From NCBI GenBank assembly GCA_951406725.2, contig OX597819.1, positions 97,526,001-97,590,000 of the forward strand: a DNA stretch of 64,000 nt, in the 5' to 3' direction. The translations under genes and the position numbers were made by a program. This document shows, piece after piece, positions 14,040 through 28,519 of this stretch (the first letter of the stretch is position 1; the number at the start of each line of letters is the position of its first letter). This DNA is from Octopus vulgaris. Lineage: Eukaryota. The notes under the pieces were generated by a model. It did no database searches. It saw nothing but the letters and a program-made list of their open reading frames with translations, and was not told where the DNA came from.

Positions 14040-14574
14040 TAAATATAACTGGTGTAATTAATCAGAAAAAAGCTTTATTTCTACAGTCAGTTATACGACA
14101 GCTCACATTTTAAATTAGAACATTTAAAATGTTATAATTATACAAAAAAACAGAAAAAAAGAAAGAAAAAAAACGAGGGGGTAAAGCAGAAGATAGAGGG
14201 GAGGGAGTGATGGGCCACAATCCCCAGAACAAATGACCACAATAGCGTTGCCATAGAGAATGGCCTGTGATACTGCGGCAGCCACTCCACCTCATGGAGT
14301 TCATTTCTGAGACATTCTCACTGGCATAATTTTGGAATCAGTGTCATCAATAGTTTGTTGCTTATTTTGTATGCTTGTTGAAGCACTGGCATGACTGTGT
14401 AGTTAAGCAATTTTCTTTCTAACCATATAATCTCTGATTCACCCCACTGCAGAATGCAGTGGACAAGTGTCCTCTGTATAGCCTCACATTGACTTGTCCC
14501 TTTGTGTGAAATTTTATTGGCAAAACTATACAGAAGTTTATTCTAGGTATGTGTGAGAGAGAGTGTCTGTGTGT

Positions 14575-14575
<1 letters not shown>

Positions 14576-14628
<53 letters not shown>

Positions 14629-15004
14629 GTTTAACATCCGCTTTCCAAGCTAGCATCAGGCTCCAATCTTGATTTGGCAGAGTTTCTACAGCTGGATGCC
14701 CTTCCTAACACCAACCATCCGAGAGTGTAGTGGGTGCTTTTTATGTGCCACTGGCACGGGAGCCAGTCAGGCGGTACTGGCAATGACCTCGCTTGAATCT
14801 TTTTACACATGCCACCAGCACAGGTGCCAGTAAAGCGACTTTGGTAACGATCACGCTCGAATGGTGCCCTTTTACGTGCCACTGGCACAGAAGCCAGTTG
14901 GCTGCTCTGGCAGGGGCCAGTCAGGCGATACTGGCAATGACCTCGCTCGAATCCTTTTACACATGCCACCAGCACAGGTGCCAGTAAGGCGACTTTGGTA
15001 ACGA
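14576..15004 (-). mobile_element. SINE-like repeat with long (GAT)n tail and internal duplication
   Basis: (CAT)n 14576-14628 followed by the family core; gccagtcaggc..gactttggtaacgat block present twice. Confidence 0.7.
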
Positions 15005-15829
15005 TTACATATATATTAAAATAAACATATATATATATAACCTATATAGTACATATATAAACATAGCTTATTTAGCTATTTTTCAGTAAATTGGAAAAAA
15101 AATTATGAACAACCATAATCATAGAATATCATCAAAAATGTTTGCATCACTTTGGCCAATCCTAGAGAAGCAAGCAGCCAATTTCTTTATATACTCAACA
15201 ATTACAGTAGCTACAGAAAACTGGGGGTACTAATTTGCATATTGTGAGTTTTAACACTTTATTTAATATCAGGGGCCTGTCAACAAGGATCTCAATCCAC
15301 ACAGTACCAAGGTATGATACAATATATGTAACACACACTAGCTTAAAAGCTACCCTATCGGATGGTTTTTAAGCTAGCTCCTGTGGAGCGCTCTTCATTG
15401 GGCCTTAGACCCAACAATGACACTTCATGCATTGAGTGCTTATTAAATTTTATTAAACTTGACCAATATTTTTCAAGCTTTGAACAATTTTCATCAAAAC
15501 AATGATATAATTTGTCGACTTGGAACTTATTGCACAGCTGCATGATAAACAGCATTCTTTTGTCTTCCCATTCGGGGTCAGTACAATTTTTTTCTGTCTA
15601 AACTCTTTCTTTCTCTCACTGTTGCTTTCAACCATCACCATCACCAGTACCACCACCATTGCCATCACAACTGCCATATACACACCATTCAGACTTCTGA
15701 CACCACCACCATCAATACCTGTTAGGACACTAAGCTAAAATATTGTTTAGGTTAGTAAAGAATTCCATGTATCCATCACCATTTTATACTGTAAATCTGT
15801 GGTTATATATATATATATATATATATATA

Positions 15830-15990
15830 CGCACTACAAGCTGCTTTCAGTTTCTGTCTACCAAATCTTGTCACAAGACTTTGGTTGACCTGGGGCTCTA
15901 GTAGAAGACATTTGCCCAAGATGTCACACTGTGGTACTGAACCTGGAACCACTGGGTCAGAAGTAAACTTCTTAACACATGGCCACATAC
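15830..15990 (-). mobile_element. tRNA-head SINE copy
   Basis: Reverse complement has GGCCATGTGTTAAGAAG head and GGTTCAGTACC B-box, related to 24-170. Confidence 0.55.
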
Positions 15991-16499
15991 ACAATATATT
16001 TACGTAAGCAATTTTTAAGTTTTTATACATTTAAATAGATACCATTTGCAATTGACAATCTATTCCATTAGAATATATGTTTGCTAACACTGAAGCAATA
16101 TGACCATGCTAACTAAGAATGCAGTTTGCAACCTAATTCCTCAAAGTGTAAAAGTTACAGCTTCTGAACAACCACCTTGCACTGAAGAAACTTGTATCTT
16201 AGCCTAATGGACCAAACTGCTAAAAATTACAGAAGCCCAATACTAAAAATGAAGCAAAAAAAAAGCAATCAACTTGGCAAATTAGCCTGGAGTTGTAAGC
16301 ACCCAATTACTGATTTTGGCTGTGGTGGTCTGGCAGAAGTCTTGATGAGAGAGAAGCTGTCTGCAACACTTTGTTGCTTCCTAGTTTAACTACAGAGAGG
16401 ATTGCTTGCAAGTGGAATGTAGTAATACCAATTAAATATTACTACTTGAGACACACTACATCAATCATCACACAAACACGCTCACATATATGTGTGTTG

Positions 16500-16534
<35 letters not shown>

Positions 16535-17084
16535 TATATATAGTGTGTGTTTGTGTGTATATATATATATATATATGTTGTGGAAGGATTCCAACCACCC
16601 CCAAGTGACTAAAAGTTGACTGAATCATTGTTATGAAATAAAGAACTGTCAGTAGTTCAGGGGTAAGCAGTTCACTGTAAGCCATTGGTTGAGAACGTTT
16701 AGCCTCATGTAATAGTAATTGTATTCCATCATATAAATACTCACACACACACACACACACACGCAAACACACACTCTCTCTCTCTCTCCCTTGCTCTTCC
16801 CACTGGCTAGGCAACCAAGTATCCCCTTTACAGCAGCACATCTGTTTCTGTCCTCTATCTTGTTACCTTTCTTTCCCTCTCTCTCTTTCTCTTTCTCTCA
16901 CTCTTCCTCTTTCTCTCTCTCTCTCTCTCTAGCTGAGTAACCATTTACCTCCTCTATAGCAAGACACCTGTTTCTGCTACTCTGTCTCTCTCTCTCTCTC
17001 TCTCTCACACTCTAAGCTTTCATCATCTGACACAAGATCACCTCCTCCATTGCCTGCTTCCCTCTCAAAAATTCCTTGTCTAGC

Positions 17085-17402
17085 AAGTTATTTGGTGACC
17101 CTGCTGATGCTGATGCCACGTAAAAAGCATTCAGTTCACACTGTGAAGTGGTTGGCATTTGGAAGGGCATCCAGCTGTAAATACCATGCCAAAATTGACC
17201 TCACCTGTGCTGGTGCCATGCAAAAAGCACTCAGTCCACTTTATGGAGTGGTTGGTGTTAGGAAGGGTATTGAGCTGTAAAAACCATGCCAAAACAGATG
17301 CAGAAGCCTGGTGTAGCCTTCTTCCTGGACAGCTCCTGTCAAACCGTCCATCCCATCCCAGCGTGGAAGGCACACATTAAATAATGATGATGATGATGAT
17401 GA
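17085..17402 (+). mobile_element. SINE-like repeat with (GAT)n tail
   Basis: ggaagggcatccagctgtaa core twice, ends in gatgatgat. Confidence 0.65.
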
Positions 17403-17480
17403 TATATATAGATATATAAGATGTTGTAAATAGGAAAGAAAGAAAATAGGCTTTTATCATCAACAAGGAAATGATTATGC

Positions 17481-17940
17481 TTGATAAGTAGAAAAGGAGT
17501 GAGTACAAATTACATGTCATATATCCAGTGTAGATGTGAATGTATGAGATGTAGAACCGCATGCAGAATAACAGAGGTGGTATACCTCATATGCAACAGG
17601 CACACAAAGATACTAAACTCTAAGTGCTCATGGCAAATAGATTATATCAAATATCCAGAACACTACTTAGAAGTGCTTGAAAGCTTTTGTTTGGTAGATG
17701 ACCTAATTACTATTGGAGTTTTATGCTTTAAAAGCATAGTAGCCAGATTGAAAACTGGTTGGAAAATTATGAGGGAATTTTACCTCTGCTGGTAATAAAA
17801 TAGTTTTTTCTTTGAGTAAAGAGCAAATTTATGATGCTTGTGTACAAAGTGTCAGATGAGGGCCATTTGTGATGACTAGGAAGAAATGAAGTAAGCATAC
17901 TTCACCAAATGTTTACTGCTAATGTGCATGAGTGAAATAA
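17481..17940 (+). mobile_element. RTE-like LINE relic
   Basis: LEVLESFCLVDDLI..SIVARLKTGWK resembles the RT C-terminal region of RTE elements; heavily decayed. Confidence 0.45.
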
Positions 17941-18635
17941 TATTAATGAATTCCCTTTGCCTAATAAGTGACCTCATATCAGATGCTTGTTGAAACTGAA
18001 GAAGTTACATCTTGGAACATCCAGTTTACCATTTAAAAAATATAAAATGAAGAGACACTTTAGCAACTAATTCGATAACTATTAAATTCATTTTTTAATT
18101 TTCTCATTGTACAATTGTAACCTGGTCAGAGACTGGTCAACTTAGTCATGTGTGTGGTTGTTAGTCCTATCTGCTTTTACTGTTCTTGTATCAAATATGC
18201 ATGTGTTGACAATAACTATTCTATGATTCATTTGAGTTTCCAGGTATTATATTTATGACCACTTTATTTGTACATTCAACAAATTAAACGTACAATACAT
18301 ATGCACATTCAATAAATTAATTAATTTTGTGTAAGGGGTACAGGGCATATAAATCATTGCATATAATGAGTATTTATTGATTGACACAGCTAATGAATGT
18401 CTGTAAATAGGAGAGAAAGATAAGTGAGTTGAGAGACTACCAGATAGGATAAACAACTGATTTGTGAAAATCTTGAAGTAGCTTTAAGTTGAAATAGCTT
18501 GCCTTTAAGTAACTATCAGCACAGAACATTCTAGAATCTGTTTGATGGGAAAACTTGCTTGCTTCCTCTTAAGTTGCCACTTTAGTCATAAATAAGTCAG
18601 CAGTGTTGATTGGCCAGACTATATTCCAATTGGCA

Positions 18636-18752
18636 TTAGGACATTTTATGATGTCTCTTTTCCTTTTATGGAAATATATCATGCTATCATCATGGCAGTG
18701 TTAGGACATTTTATGATGTCTCTTTTCCTTTTATGGAAATATATCATGCTAT
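18636..18752. repeat. 52-bp direct duplication
   Basis: ttaggacattttatgatgtctc..atcatgctat at 18636-18687 and 18701-18752. Confidence 0.85.
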
Positions 18753-19302
18753 GAACTATGGTTCAAATTTCAGCTGGGTTCTCACCACAGTGTTTATTAT
18801 TTTGGCGTATTAATAAAATAAAGTACTAGGAGTGATATAATTTCTGGCCTTGTGCCTGAGTTAGAAATTATTATTAGAAGCCTAAGAGTGTTGGATTGGC
18901 AGAATCATTAGAGTATCAGACAAAATGTCCTGTGGTATTTGTAGAGGCTCTTTACATTCTGAGTTCAAATCCTCTCTGAGGTCAACTTATTATTGATTCA
19001 TTATAATTGATTGTTTCCTACCTCCAAATTTCTTTTCTGTGCCTTTGTTACAAATAATTATTATTAGTAGTAGACTCTCTGGTCAGAAATAACATGTTAA
19101 GTGTGCTAGATATCAGAGCAAATGTAATGCTTCATTTTTAACAATTAATTATATACTGCTAGAGAATTCATAATTAATTATTTATAAACTGCTAGAGAAT
19201 TAATTAATTACAAACTGCTTGAGAATTCATTTTAATGGACAATAAATTACAAAATAATAATTAAAAAAAAAGCATGCATACTTGACTCTTTCAATTATTC
19301 CC

Positions 19303-19800
19303 ATCATTATCATCCAGTGTTTTAAATCCGGGTTTTGTCCCCGCTAACAGGGGTGGTCGGATCTACCTCAATGCCATAGCAACCGCCTCCACACCATCTC
19401 ACCATCTTGCCTGGTTTTGGGCATCCTCGTTTTTCAAACCAACCCTCCCAATCTCCTCCTCCTTCACCTTTTCCTTGGTCTACCTTGCTTTCGTGCTCCA
19501 TTTACCTCAAACCCGGTCACCCTCCTCAGAACATGCTCTTCATCCCTCTTCAACACATGCCCATTACTACCTCACTCCATTCACCCTTGCCAACCATTCC
19601 ACCGATTCCTCCAACCCCATCATCCCCATTAAATCCTCAGTCCTCTTATCAAACAGCTTCACCCCACACATTTCTCTCACCATTGCTCTCTCAGTCCTTC
19701 TCAAAATTACCATCTCTCTCGCCCTCAGACACCATGTCTCACTCTCATACAGCATTTCAGCTCTCACACAAATCTTATAGACCCTTCCTTTCATCTTTAA
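19303..19800 (-). mobile_element. RTE-clade LINE 3' fragment
   Basis: KGRVYKICVRAEMLYESETW..RTERAMVREMCGV, then GRPRKRW, and a GAT-rich tail. Confidence 0.8.
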
Positions 19801-20904
19801 TTATATACTAAGAATACAAGAGAAAATACTCTAGTTAATCTTTCAAGCGTATTGAGGTATCACATCACAAATCTTTGTGGCATTACAGCGAATGATGGCG
19901 AGGCAGAGATACTGGAACAGCTAAGTACACTCTCAAGTATCACCTGATACTTTAGATATCAATGAGTGTCAGTGGCTCATCTCTTGAATGCCATGAGTTA
20001 AAGATGTAGTTCACCAACAAATTATGGTATTTTAGTATCTTGATGTCCCATATGTGACACATTGCCTCTTGTTGAAGAATAACCCCACACCAAAACAACA
20101 GTAGCTCCCACGAAACCGTCACAGCACACAAAACGTTACCTCACCCTTTTATACGTCTTGTGTGTGTTCTGAAAATCTTTGATAGCGACTTTCATATCAA
20201 AACTATTTTGAATGTCCTCAGAAACAGTATTAAGATATTGTAAAAGAGTTGGGTGGGGGAAACACGCATTATATATCACTCCAGGCATTTCTTCAGGTTA
20301 TAGGTTCTGTGTTCAAATGCTGCTAAGGTCGTCTTTGCCTGTCATCCTTTTGAGGATCGGTAAAATAAGTACCAACTGATATAATCGATATTTCTTTTAT
20401 TCCTTTGGTCTTTTATTTGACTGCGACTATGCTGGAGCCCCGCCTTTAGTGGAACAAATCGACTCCAGGACTTATTTTTTGTAAGCCTAGTACTTATTCT
20501 TTCGGCCTCTTTTGTCAAACCGCAAAGTTACGGGGGCGTAAACACACCAGCATCGGTTGTCAATCGATGCTGTGGACACGCACGCACACATACACACACA
20601 CACGGATAGATTACTGAAAGCAGTAGACTACTGCCTTTATGTCCCTCCTTTCAAATTACTGGTCTTGTGAAAAAGAAAAACAAAAATGAAATAATTTTAT
20701 TCCTCTACGTTTGGGCGACGGACAAGCAGAAGAGTTAGCACATCGTATAAAACACCCGATTCTTCATATAATGAGTTCAAATCCTATCGCAGTAAACATA
20801 TTTCGATCATTCTTCAAGTGTCAACAAAAATGTACCAGTCACGTACTGTAATTTTAGCCACCTAAAGCTCTCTCACCAAATTTCTGTACTTATGCTTTCT
20901 ATAT

Positions 20905-21100
20905 CAGTTTCAAATTTTAGCACAAGATCAGCAATTTCGGGGCAAGGGATAAGTCCCAACTGGTACTTATTTTATCGACCCTGAAAGGATAAAAGTCAAA
21001 ACCGAGCTCGGCAGAATTTGAACTCAGAACGTGAGGACGGACGAAATGCTACTAAACACTGCCCTGCATGATAACGATCCTGTTAGCTTGTCGCTTACAT
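20905..21100 (-). mobile_element. tRNA-derived SINE (same family as 6098)
   Basis: ggtacttattttatcgacc..gaatttgaactcagaacg. Confidence 0.6.
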
Positions 21101-21447
21101 CTTTTATATTACATCTAACTGTTTCCGCCATTGAAGAGTCACTTGATTCTTCTGTCTCAAGTCATATTCGAAAATGTTTTAAAAGGAAATACATATTAAT
21201 GTCATTCTAAATGTTCAGAATATCAACTGCACGACCATGAGTGCAAGATATTTAATGATCGGTCTATTGAATAAGAGCTGAATGGAGTTGAAACATTATT
21301 CATCCCTACTCCACTAATAAGTCATTGCTAAAATAAACATGTCGATAGGGTACCGAATAACTGGTAGAAGGATTTTTAACGGTAGGTAATATCGCAAAAT
21401 TAGCTTCAGAATTGAACAACTCGTGCAGTATTAGAGAGAAAAATAAG

Positions 21448-21665
21448 ACGGCGGGCTGGCAGAATCGTTTGCACCCGGGCAAAATGGTTAGTGGCATGTC
21501 GCCCGTCTTTACGTTCTGAATTCAAATTTCCGTCGAGGTTGACTTTGCTTTTCATTCTTTCGGGAATGGATGACATAAGTACTAAGTTGGGCACTGGGGT
21601 CAATGTAATGAAATTATCTCCAATTCCGAAATTGCTGGCCTTATATCAAAATTTAAAATCAATAT
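21448..21665 (+). mobile_element. tRNA-derived SINE (same family as 6098)
   Basis: GGCGGGCTGGCAGAATCGTT head, B-box, central motif. Confidence 0.6.
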
Positions 21666-22357
21666 GAGTGAAGAAAAATAGCTTGGAATGAATCAAAGAT
21701 TACGTTAATGATATAAGGGGAATAACTCTTCAATCTCTATATTAAATGGTAGATTACGGCTTTCTTGATTCTACAATAACCGATTTTTCCTAAATTTACA
21801 AACGTTGAATAGAAATTATCATCCATTTTTTCGAAAGGGACAAAAAACTGTCGAACACCATACAATGTTGACCTAAAAATTACTTGATATTTTTCGGGAC
21901 AGTGAAGCTGCTTTCGAAAGCAGGTCAAATCAACTTTGTCAGAATTTAAACTTAGAATATTAAGAGTCAAAGAGAAATGCCTCTAAGCAGTTTGTCCAAT
22001 GTGCTAACGATTCTGTCAGATCACTTCTTTATGTAGAGACTATAATACTAAATCTTCCAGCAGTTTTTCCTTACTTATCTAGTGAAATAAGGAATCATTA
22101 GCTATGCTTTGTTCATTGCTTATATTTTGAATAATACCTTACAGATGGATATATGAAATATCAAACTAACTCATGTTCCAATATAGGGATCTTTTCCTTT
22201 TGAACGGCAGTTTTCAACACAATTTCTAGTTAACTAAACACTTTTAAACTTCGTATACTGGTAGAATGTGTCAAAATAAAACATCTTTTTCTCTTGGCTT
22301 TCTTGAGAAAATTGTAATTTGTAAGTTTAATGTAGTTTAATTTTTCGAATTTCCACA

Positions 22358-24211
22358 ACTGTGCACAGTTTCTCTTCCCTATCCCAAATCATTATATCAG
22401 GTCTGTTGTGCTTATTGAGGTCTTCCCTGGTACATTCTACCAGTATTCCTTTTTATTATGAGTGGCTATGGCTTCTACCACACTGTGGTTTCTTATTTCT
22501 TTGTCCTCAAGATTATCCTTCTGATGGATTTCATTATAGAGTGTCCTAGCTGCAACGTCGTGTCTCATCAGTAGATAATACGATGATGACATTTTTGGAC
22601 AACTACTTATGATTTTCATTGTGAACTCCACAAAGTCTGCATTAATTGTCACATTTTACAGCTTTTCCTGCATCTCTATCCCTTTTGTGCATCAGGCACT
22701 TGGTTGATATTTCCTGTTCCTGGATTGCAAATGCATATCCTTCAAAGTGAGAGGTAGTAATCCGGTTATTGGTCCATGAAAACTGCTTTGATGATCAATT
22801 TTTCTATCATCACGGAGCTTTCTACTAACATATCCATGCATAATCTTCTGCTCATAAAGGCTCATCCTTTCCTCTTATAACATGTGGCGGTAGAGTCGTG
22901 CAACTTCCTTGGGCATGTATTCTAGGTTATCAGACAAAGAGTGTTGCTCAAGGGGCTGCCTTCCAAGTCTTATGATGTTATATGCAAATTTGGTCAAGAG
23001 ATGCACTTCGACACTTGGTGGCTAAAAGATGTTGCTGAAGAGATATGATGTGACATTCAAAGGCATTTTGGATTGATGTTAAGCCTCTGCTGCCTTGTAT
23101 ACATTTTAAGTAGAGGCAGTTTACATCACTGTTTATGTGGAAATTATGTGTGCTTGTTAGTATTTTTTGAGTTTTCACATCAATGGCTCAGATCTCAACA
23201 AGCATCCAGTCAAGCAGCCCAAATGTTTGTATGAGTACCGGCACTGTAAACACATTGCGAGCCACTGTTTTATTGAGTGTAGAGAGCTCTGAGGTCCAAA
23301 TTCGGCTGTAATATTCTTTAGTGACATGTGTTTTGTTACTGGTGCCATTGTAAGATATATTTTTATCCACCTCTAGATACCAGTAACATTCCTTGTCAGA
23401 TACAGGGGAAACAGTCAAATCATTGATGGAGATATTGCTAGTCTGATTTATAGTTTCCCTTCTTTTCACAACCATATAAAAAAATTTATCCTGACCAAAC
23501 TCCAACCCTACATCCTTTGAGAATGTTGTAACTAAGTCGAAACTCTTTTTCCTCTCATGCATATTCTTTGCATAAAGTCAGGTCAGCTATGGCTTTGACT
23601 ACTCTCACTGGAACTTTAGCCAGTTGAAGGGCTTGTAGCATCCATGAGTGGGGAACAGAGTCAAAGGCTTTCTTGTAGTCTATCCACATTGAAACTAGTT
23701 AACTCCTATGCTCTCGCACCTCTGACATCACAGTTTGAAAATTGCTCGGCACATCCTCAGACTACATTCTTTCCAGCTGTTTGTTTTGCTGTGATAATGT
23801 TATTGGTTTCACAATAATTCTGGAGGAAGAGGTTCTAAAGATGCTGTATATATCTTATACATTAAGTTCTGACATGCAATTGGCCAGTAGTTTTGTTGCC
23901 ATGTGGTTCTGTATTTGGGGATCAATTATGTCTCTGCTAGAGCTAACCAGTGTGGTATGCTACTGTTCCCAATGAAAGCTTGCTGGTACAGATTGATATG
24001 ATATGGTCAGTAGAATGTTAGCTTCTTGTACCAATATCCAACAATCAAGTTTCTTTCAGGTGCTATTCCATCCTGGAGTTTCTGGATCACAGTTGCAAGA
24101 GTTTCACCATCAATATTGCATGACTTGGGGATGTAATGTAGGAACAATAACTTCTTCGGATTTCTTCCAGCTACAGAGCATTTTGTTAAATTCCTTCTCT
24201 TTACTCCAGGA
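22358..24211 (-). mobile_element. R4/Dong-like non-LTR retrotransposon relic (RT plus restriction-like endonuclease)
   Basis: Fragments GYWYKK, VDYKKAFDSVPH, FSKDVGLEFGQDK, IISSCPKM..RHD, HNRPDIMIWD; many indels; abuts (TACA)n. Confidence 0.8.
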
Positions 24212-24212
24212 G

Positions 24213-24418
24213 TGTATGTATGTATGTATGTATGTATGTATGTATGTATGTATGTATGTATGTATGTATGTATGTATGTATGTATGTATGCATGCATGCA
24301 TGTATGCATGTATGCATGTATGTATGTATTAATATACGTATGGATGCACGTATGTATGCATGTATAAATACACGCATGTATGTATACAGGTATATATGCA
24401 TGCATGCATGTATGTATG

Positions 24419-24452
<34 letters not shown>

Positions 24453-24463
24453 TGTATGTATGT
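24213..24463. repeat. (TATG)n microsatellite
   Basis: Direct reading. Confidence 0.95.
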
Positions 24464-25439
24464 TTGATTATCTCTGTTTATAGGATTTACATGCTTTGAC
24501 ATGGTTGATATGTGTACATTACAACACTGCAACTGTCACAACTATATTTGAAAGAGATTTGGATACTATTTCTAGCATGTTAGCAACCACATGAAACTCC
24601 TTTGTTGTCTGGATAGAGGCAAAAGGACAGACATATATAAATACGGACAGAAATAAACGTAAGAGAGACGAGGCTGACTGACGGACAAATTGACAACAGT
24701 TGAGATACAGTAAAACACGAGTTGTTTAGCTTCACGTCAGCCTTGAACGATCTGATCTACGTTGAACAGTGGCCTGTTTATGACCATTATATCTTTTGAT
24801 ATTGTGCATTTATTATCTCTACCCCTTAATTCAGAATAGGTGTGATTTAATAGGAATTTAACTACTATTTCGTGTATGCCGAGCCACCACGATGTCTCTC
24901 TGGTATAATAAACTTAAAGAGTTATTCCCCTTGGTCTGTCTAGCTCTAAGGCATAGCTAAAAATTCATCCTCGTTACGACTATTCGGAACGAATGGAATA
25001 TACTGTAAATACACATTCGAGTAGACTCCTGTATAGGTATATATATATATGCATGTATGTATTTAAACAAGATTCAGTTGAATAAGGTACTTAAAGTTGG
25101 GGAACCTAGTTAGGTCGGAATAAAATGCTGGCAACAATTTTTATATATCAGCCTTGGTACAAAAGTACTGGCATAATGATATTGAGGTAATGTATGCAGT
25201 CAATTTAACCCAACTGCGTATATAATCCGCTCTTGAGCTATTCAGACATGTGCATTTTATTAAATATACAGTCTATAATATACTTCAGAACTCGCCAGGG
25301 TCATGTTCTGAGATAGATGAATCAAAAATAAATAAGTAACAACTGAAGGGCAGGTGTCAATCTATTACGGTTGTTTCTAATGAATTTTTTAAATTGATAA
25401 ATGAGTACATTATATCATTATAAAAAAAACGTTTTCTTC

Positions 25440-25949
25440 AGATGAATACATGAATCTTACAACCAAAATAATTTTTTGAAATAATTCAAAAACCACAGCA
25501 ACATACATATTCAATGATTCTGCAACTAGTTTAGGCACAGAATGTATGTAGGTATAAATGCCAGAAAGGTTCCTTCTCAGAACAATAAAGAGTCATTCTG
25601 GAAAAAAAAAATCTGGCATGAGATAATGGAAGTTAATGAGAGTTCGAGGTTGTTCGAGGAAATCCGAAACAAATATTGTCTGTGTGTTAAACTACAAGCA
25701 TACAATACACCGACGAGGCCTTTGAGACTGTAATTAAAAGACCTCAGGATCAAAAAGCCTCAGGATGGGACAGGCTTGTTGGATACTAGTACAAAAAGTA
25801 ACAACAAAAAACAAACAAAAAATCTTTTATTGGCGGTAGCTTATTGATTTATATCAACAAGCACTCAGTGGAAATTATAAACATCCCAAGATAGTCAACG
25901 CAAGCAGAAACAAAATTGACAACCCCTAAACAATGCAAATCATCTGAGA
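25440..25949 (+). mobile_element. Second fragment of an R4/Dong-like element
   Basis: ESFWKKKIW, decayed KSPGxD..GY-YKK motif and ..SSENY, homologous to the region near 24000-24200. Confidence 0.45.
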
Positions 25950-27526
25950 ACTACTGGCTGGCGAAGCGCATACCAGAATTTCATTTATCCGTTCTGTCTG
26001 TCTGTGTGTGTGTGTCCTCTAGGATCTCGAGCATCCTCCATCCGATTGCGCTCAAATTTGATATGTAGATACCCACGGTATCAGGGCGTGTATAAGTCTT
26101 GAAAAAATTACAAAAATCGATTCCAGGTGAGAATGCAATCGATAAAGCCGTGGGAACGTGTATTTGTACGCGCATGTACATCAGCTGTTGTGATCGATAC
26201 TACGCGTACGCGAGAAAAATGCACGTGCAGTTTGCGTAAAAAAAAGCCGGCTGGCTTGAAATAATGCCACAAAATGCAGTATATTTAAGAGACCAAAAAA
26301 GTAAGATGCAAAACTTGTCATGAAAGAAGGAAAGACTATTTGGTTTCTCAAGAAGTTTTTTTTTTTGCCTTAACTTCGTTTAACAAAACCAGAAATTTTA
26401 TTGAAATAAAGGCTTGCTTAATTATTTTTTAATGAAAAGAAAACAACTGATTGCTTTTTATTCAGCAGATATGATTCAGCACCGTTCATTGGCCGGGGGG
26501 CGTTTTGCTCGTAAAATATATAAGCCTGTTTGTGCCTATTCTTTTAGATTACTGTGATAATAAATATTAATGTAGGTGTGAGTTGAAACCAAACCGCTAG
26601 GTAACGAATCATACATCAAGACAGAATCACAATAGTTTCACGTGATCGGTATTTTAAGCCACCAATCAGCGTCAGGCTATCGCGCGATTCAATCTTCTAG
26701 AGTCTTCGGATTTTTTTCTGTTTGGCTGCACCTGTAAAACTTTTAAGATTTGGTGTATTCATGTAATTTTCCACGCTGAAACTCAGGGACTAATTCACTT
26801 TTTCCAGAATTTTATTTTTTAAAGTTACAGCGGTTTGATAATTTTTATCTAGTCAGAAAGCAGGATTTGGAAGCTGTCCTTTCGTGCGGACTGCACTCAT
26901 TAAATGAAATATTGGCGGAATTCTGCTTCACGCACGCCATATAACCCCTCATGACTTTTTTTATTTTAGGAATTTTCAAAAAATTTTTACGGATTTGTAT
27001 TCTACACACGAGAATTCATACGATTATGAAAAGTGATTTAAAGCCTATTTAGCTATTATTTTTAGCACATCTCACAGCCACCTCATACCTCAAGTATTTT
27101 AAGCATTTAATAGGCGAAAAATGACCACGTAAGTAAGCAGCTTGGTAACAAATTGGAAACAGGCACGTGTATGTTATCCAAAATTTGCAAACTTTAAAAG
27201 CTATTAATTCTTTATCTATTGGTTTATGGCGAAAATGAATTTCTTGTCAATGATTACCATACAAAACTACCCTAGTACATCAAATATTAAATCAAGTGGA
27301 ACAAAAATTGAAGAAATTGAAAAGTGGCAGCCAACAGAAAAGATCTTAATCTTCTTGCGCCTTATAAAAAAGCCGCTTTTGTCAGTAATTGCAGGATGTT
27401 GAGGCAGCTGCGCGATGTGTTTCCACTCTGACCACAGCTAGACGAGACTCAAGAAGACAGTTAAGACAGATAGCAGATAGACGACTGGAATTTCCGTCGC
27501 CACGAATGTAGGACACTTGTTACTAG
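25950..27526 (+). mobile_element. Helentron/DINE-like non-autonomous rolling-circle element
   Basis: 5' short hairpin then (GTCT)n/(GT)n and ccgattgcgctcaaatttg core; 3' imperfect hairpin followed by CTAG|T; boundaries tentative. Confidence 0.45.
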
Positions 27527-27790
27527 TTATGTTGGGCTAGCCACATGTTACTGCAGTAAGTTTGAAGCAAACTCCAAGCAGTATATCTCTCCCAGTATGT
27601 AAATATTGGTGTTGTCATTTGTAAAATACCAACGCTACTGGACTCTGTGTACGATAATAAACGCTTGTGTTAAATGTTCGCGGTTGTCGTTCAGTTACTT
27701 TTTCACGCAGCCAAGATACACATTTTCATTCATCAACTCAACCAGTCATCGCCTCAAACCAGCCAACAAACACGCGACATTATCATCATC

Positions 27791-27823
<33 letters not shown>

Positions 27824-27927
27824 TTAATCCAAACATGAAAGCACAAAAAAAAAACACAACAACGCGAGGACGTGGAACAAATATGGTATCATTGAACGCT
27901 CAGGAAAGAAGGAAAGAAGGAGGGTTA

Positions 27928-27954
27928 AACGTTTCGAGCGGAGCTCTTCGTCGG
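27928..27954 (-). ncRNA. Minimal hammerhead-like motif (Penelope-type)
   Basis: CCGACGA-A-GAGC-TCC-GCTC-GAAAC-GTT on the minus strand. Confidence 0.4.
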
Positions 27955-28519
27955 AAACATAGGAGAAGGAAAGATCCAGAGAAGGGAAGACAGAGGAAAA
28001 AAATTGCCAACGGTACACACGCGGTCACGTAGGGAAGAGGATTTGAAAATACAGAGGTCTTTTAAAATGTTTATTGACTAGATCGGTTTCGCTTTTTTTT
28101 AAAAAAGATTTTCAAAAGTAAACTGCAAGACTTTGTGTAGCCTTTGTGATGTTAAAAATCAATTAATATACATGTATTAAAATACAGTGATAGAGTCATT
28201 GACAACGATAAGAAAATGTTAAGAGAGACTTTGCATTCAAACAGTTTACATAAATGTGCTCAAAATAGGCAGTAAAATAAGTTCCTAATTAAGTTCATCA
28301 GAAATCATAATTGTTTATAAGCCTATATACAGAAAGAATTTGTAGACAGTATTTGATAGGAGAAGGCGTGTATTGCTTTATCAAATGTTCATCAGAAATC
28401 GTAATTGTTTCAAGGATTTTGGAGGAATGACCGACCTTTTTCTTTCATCTTCAGTCTTGCATATATATATTCTTTTACTGTTATTCTTTTACTTGTTTCA
28501 GTCATTTGACTCTGGCCAC

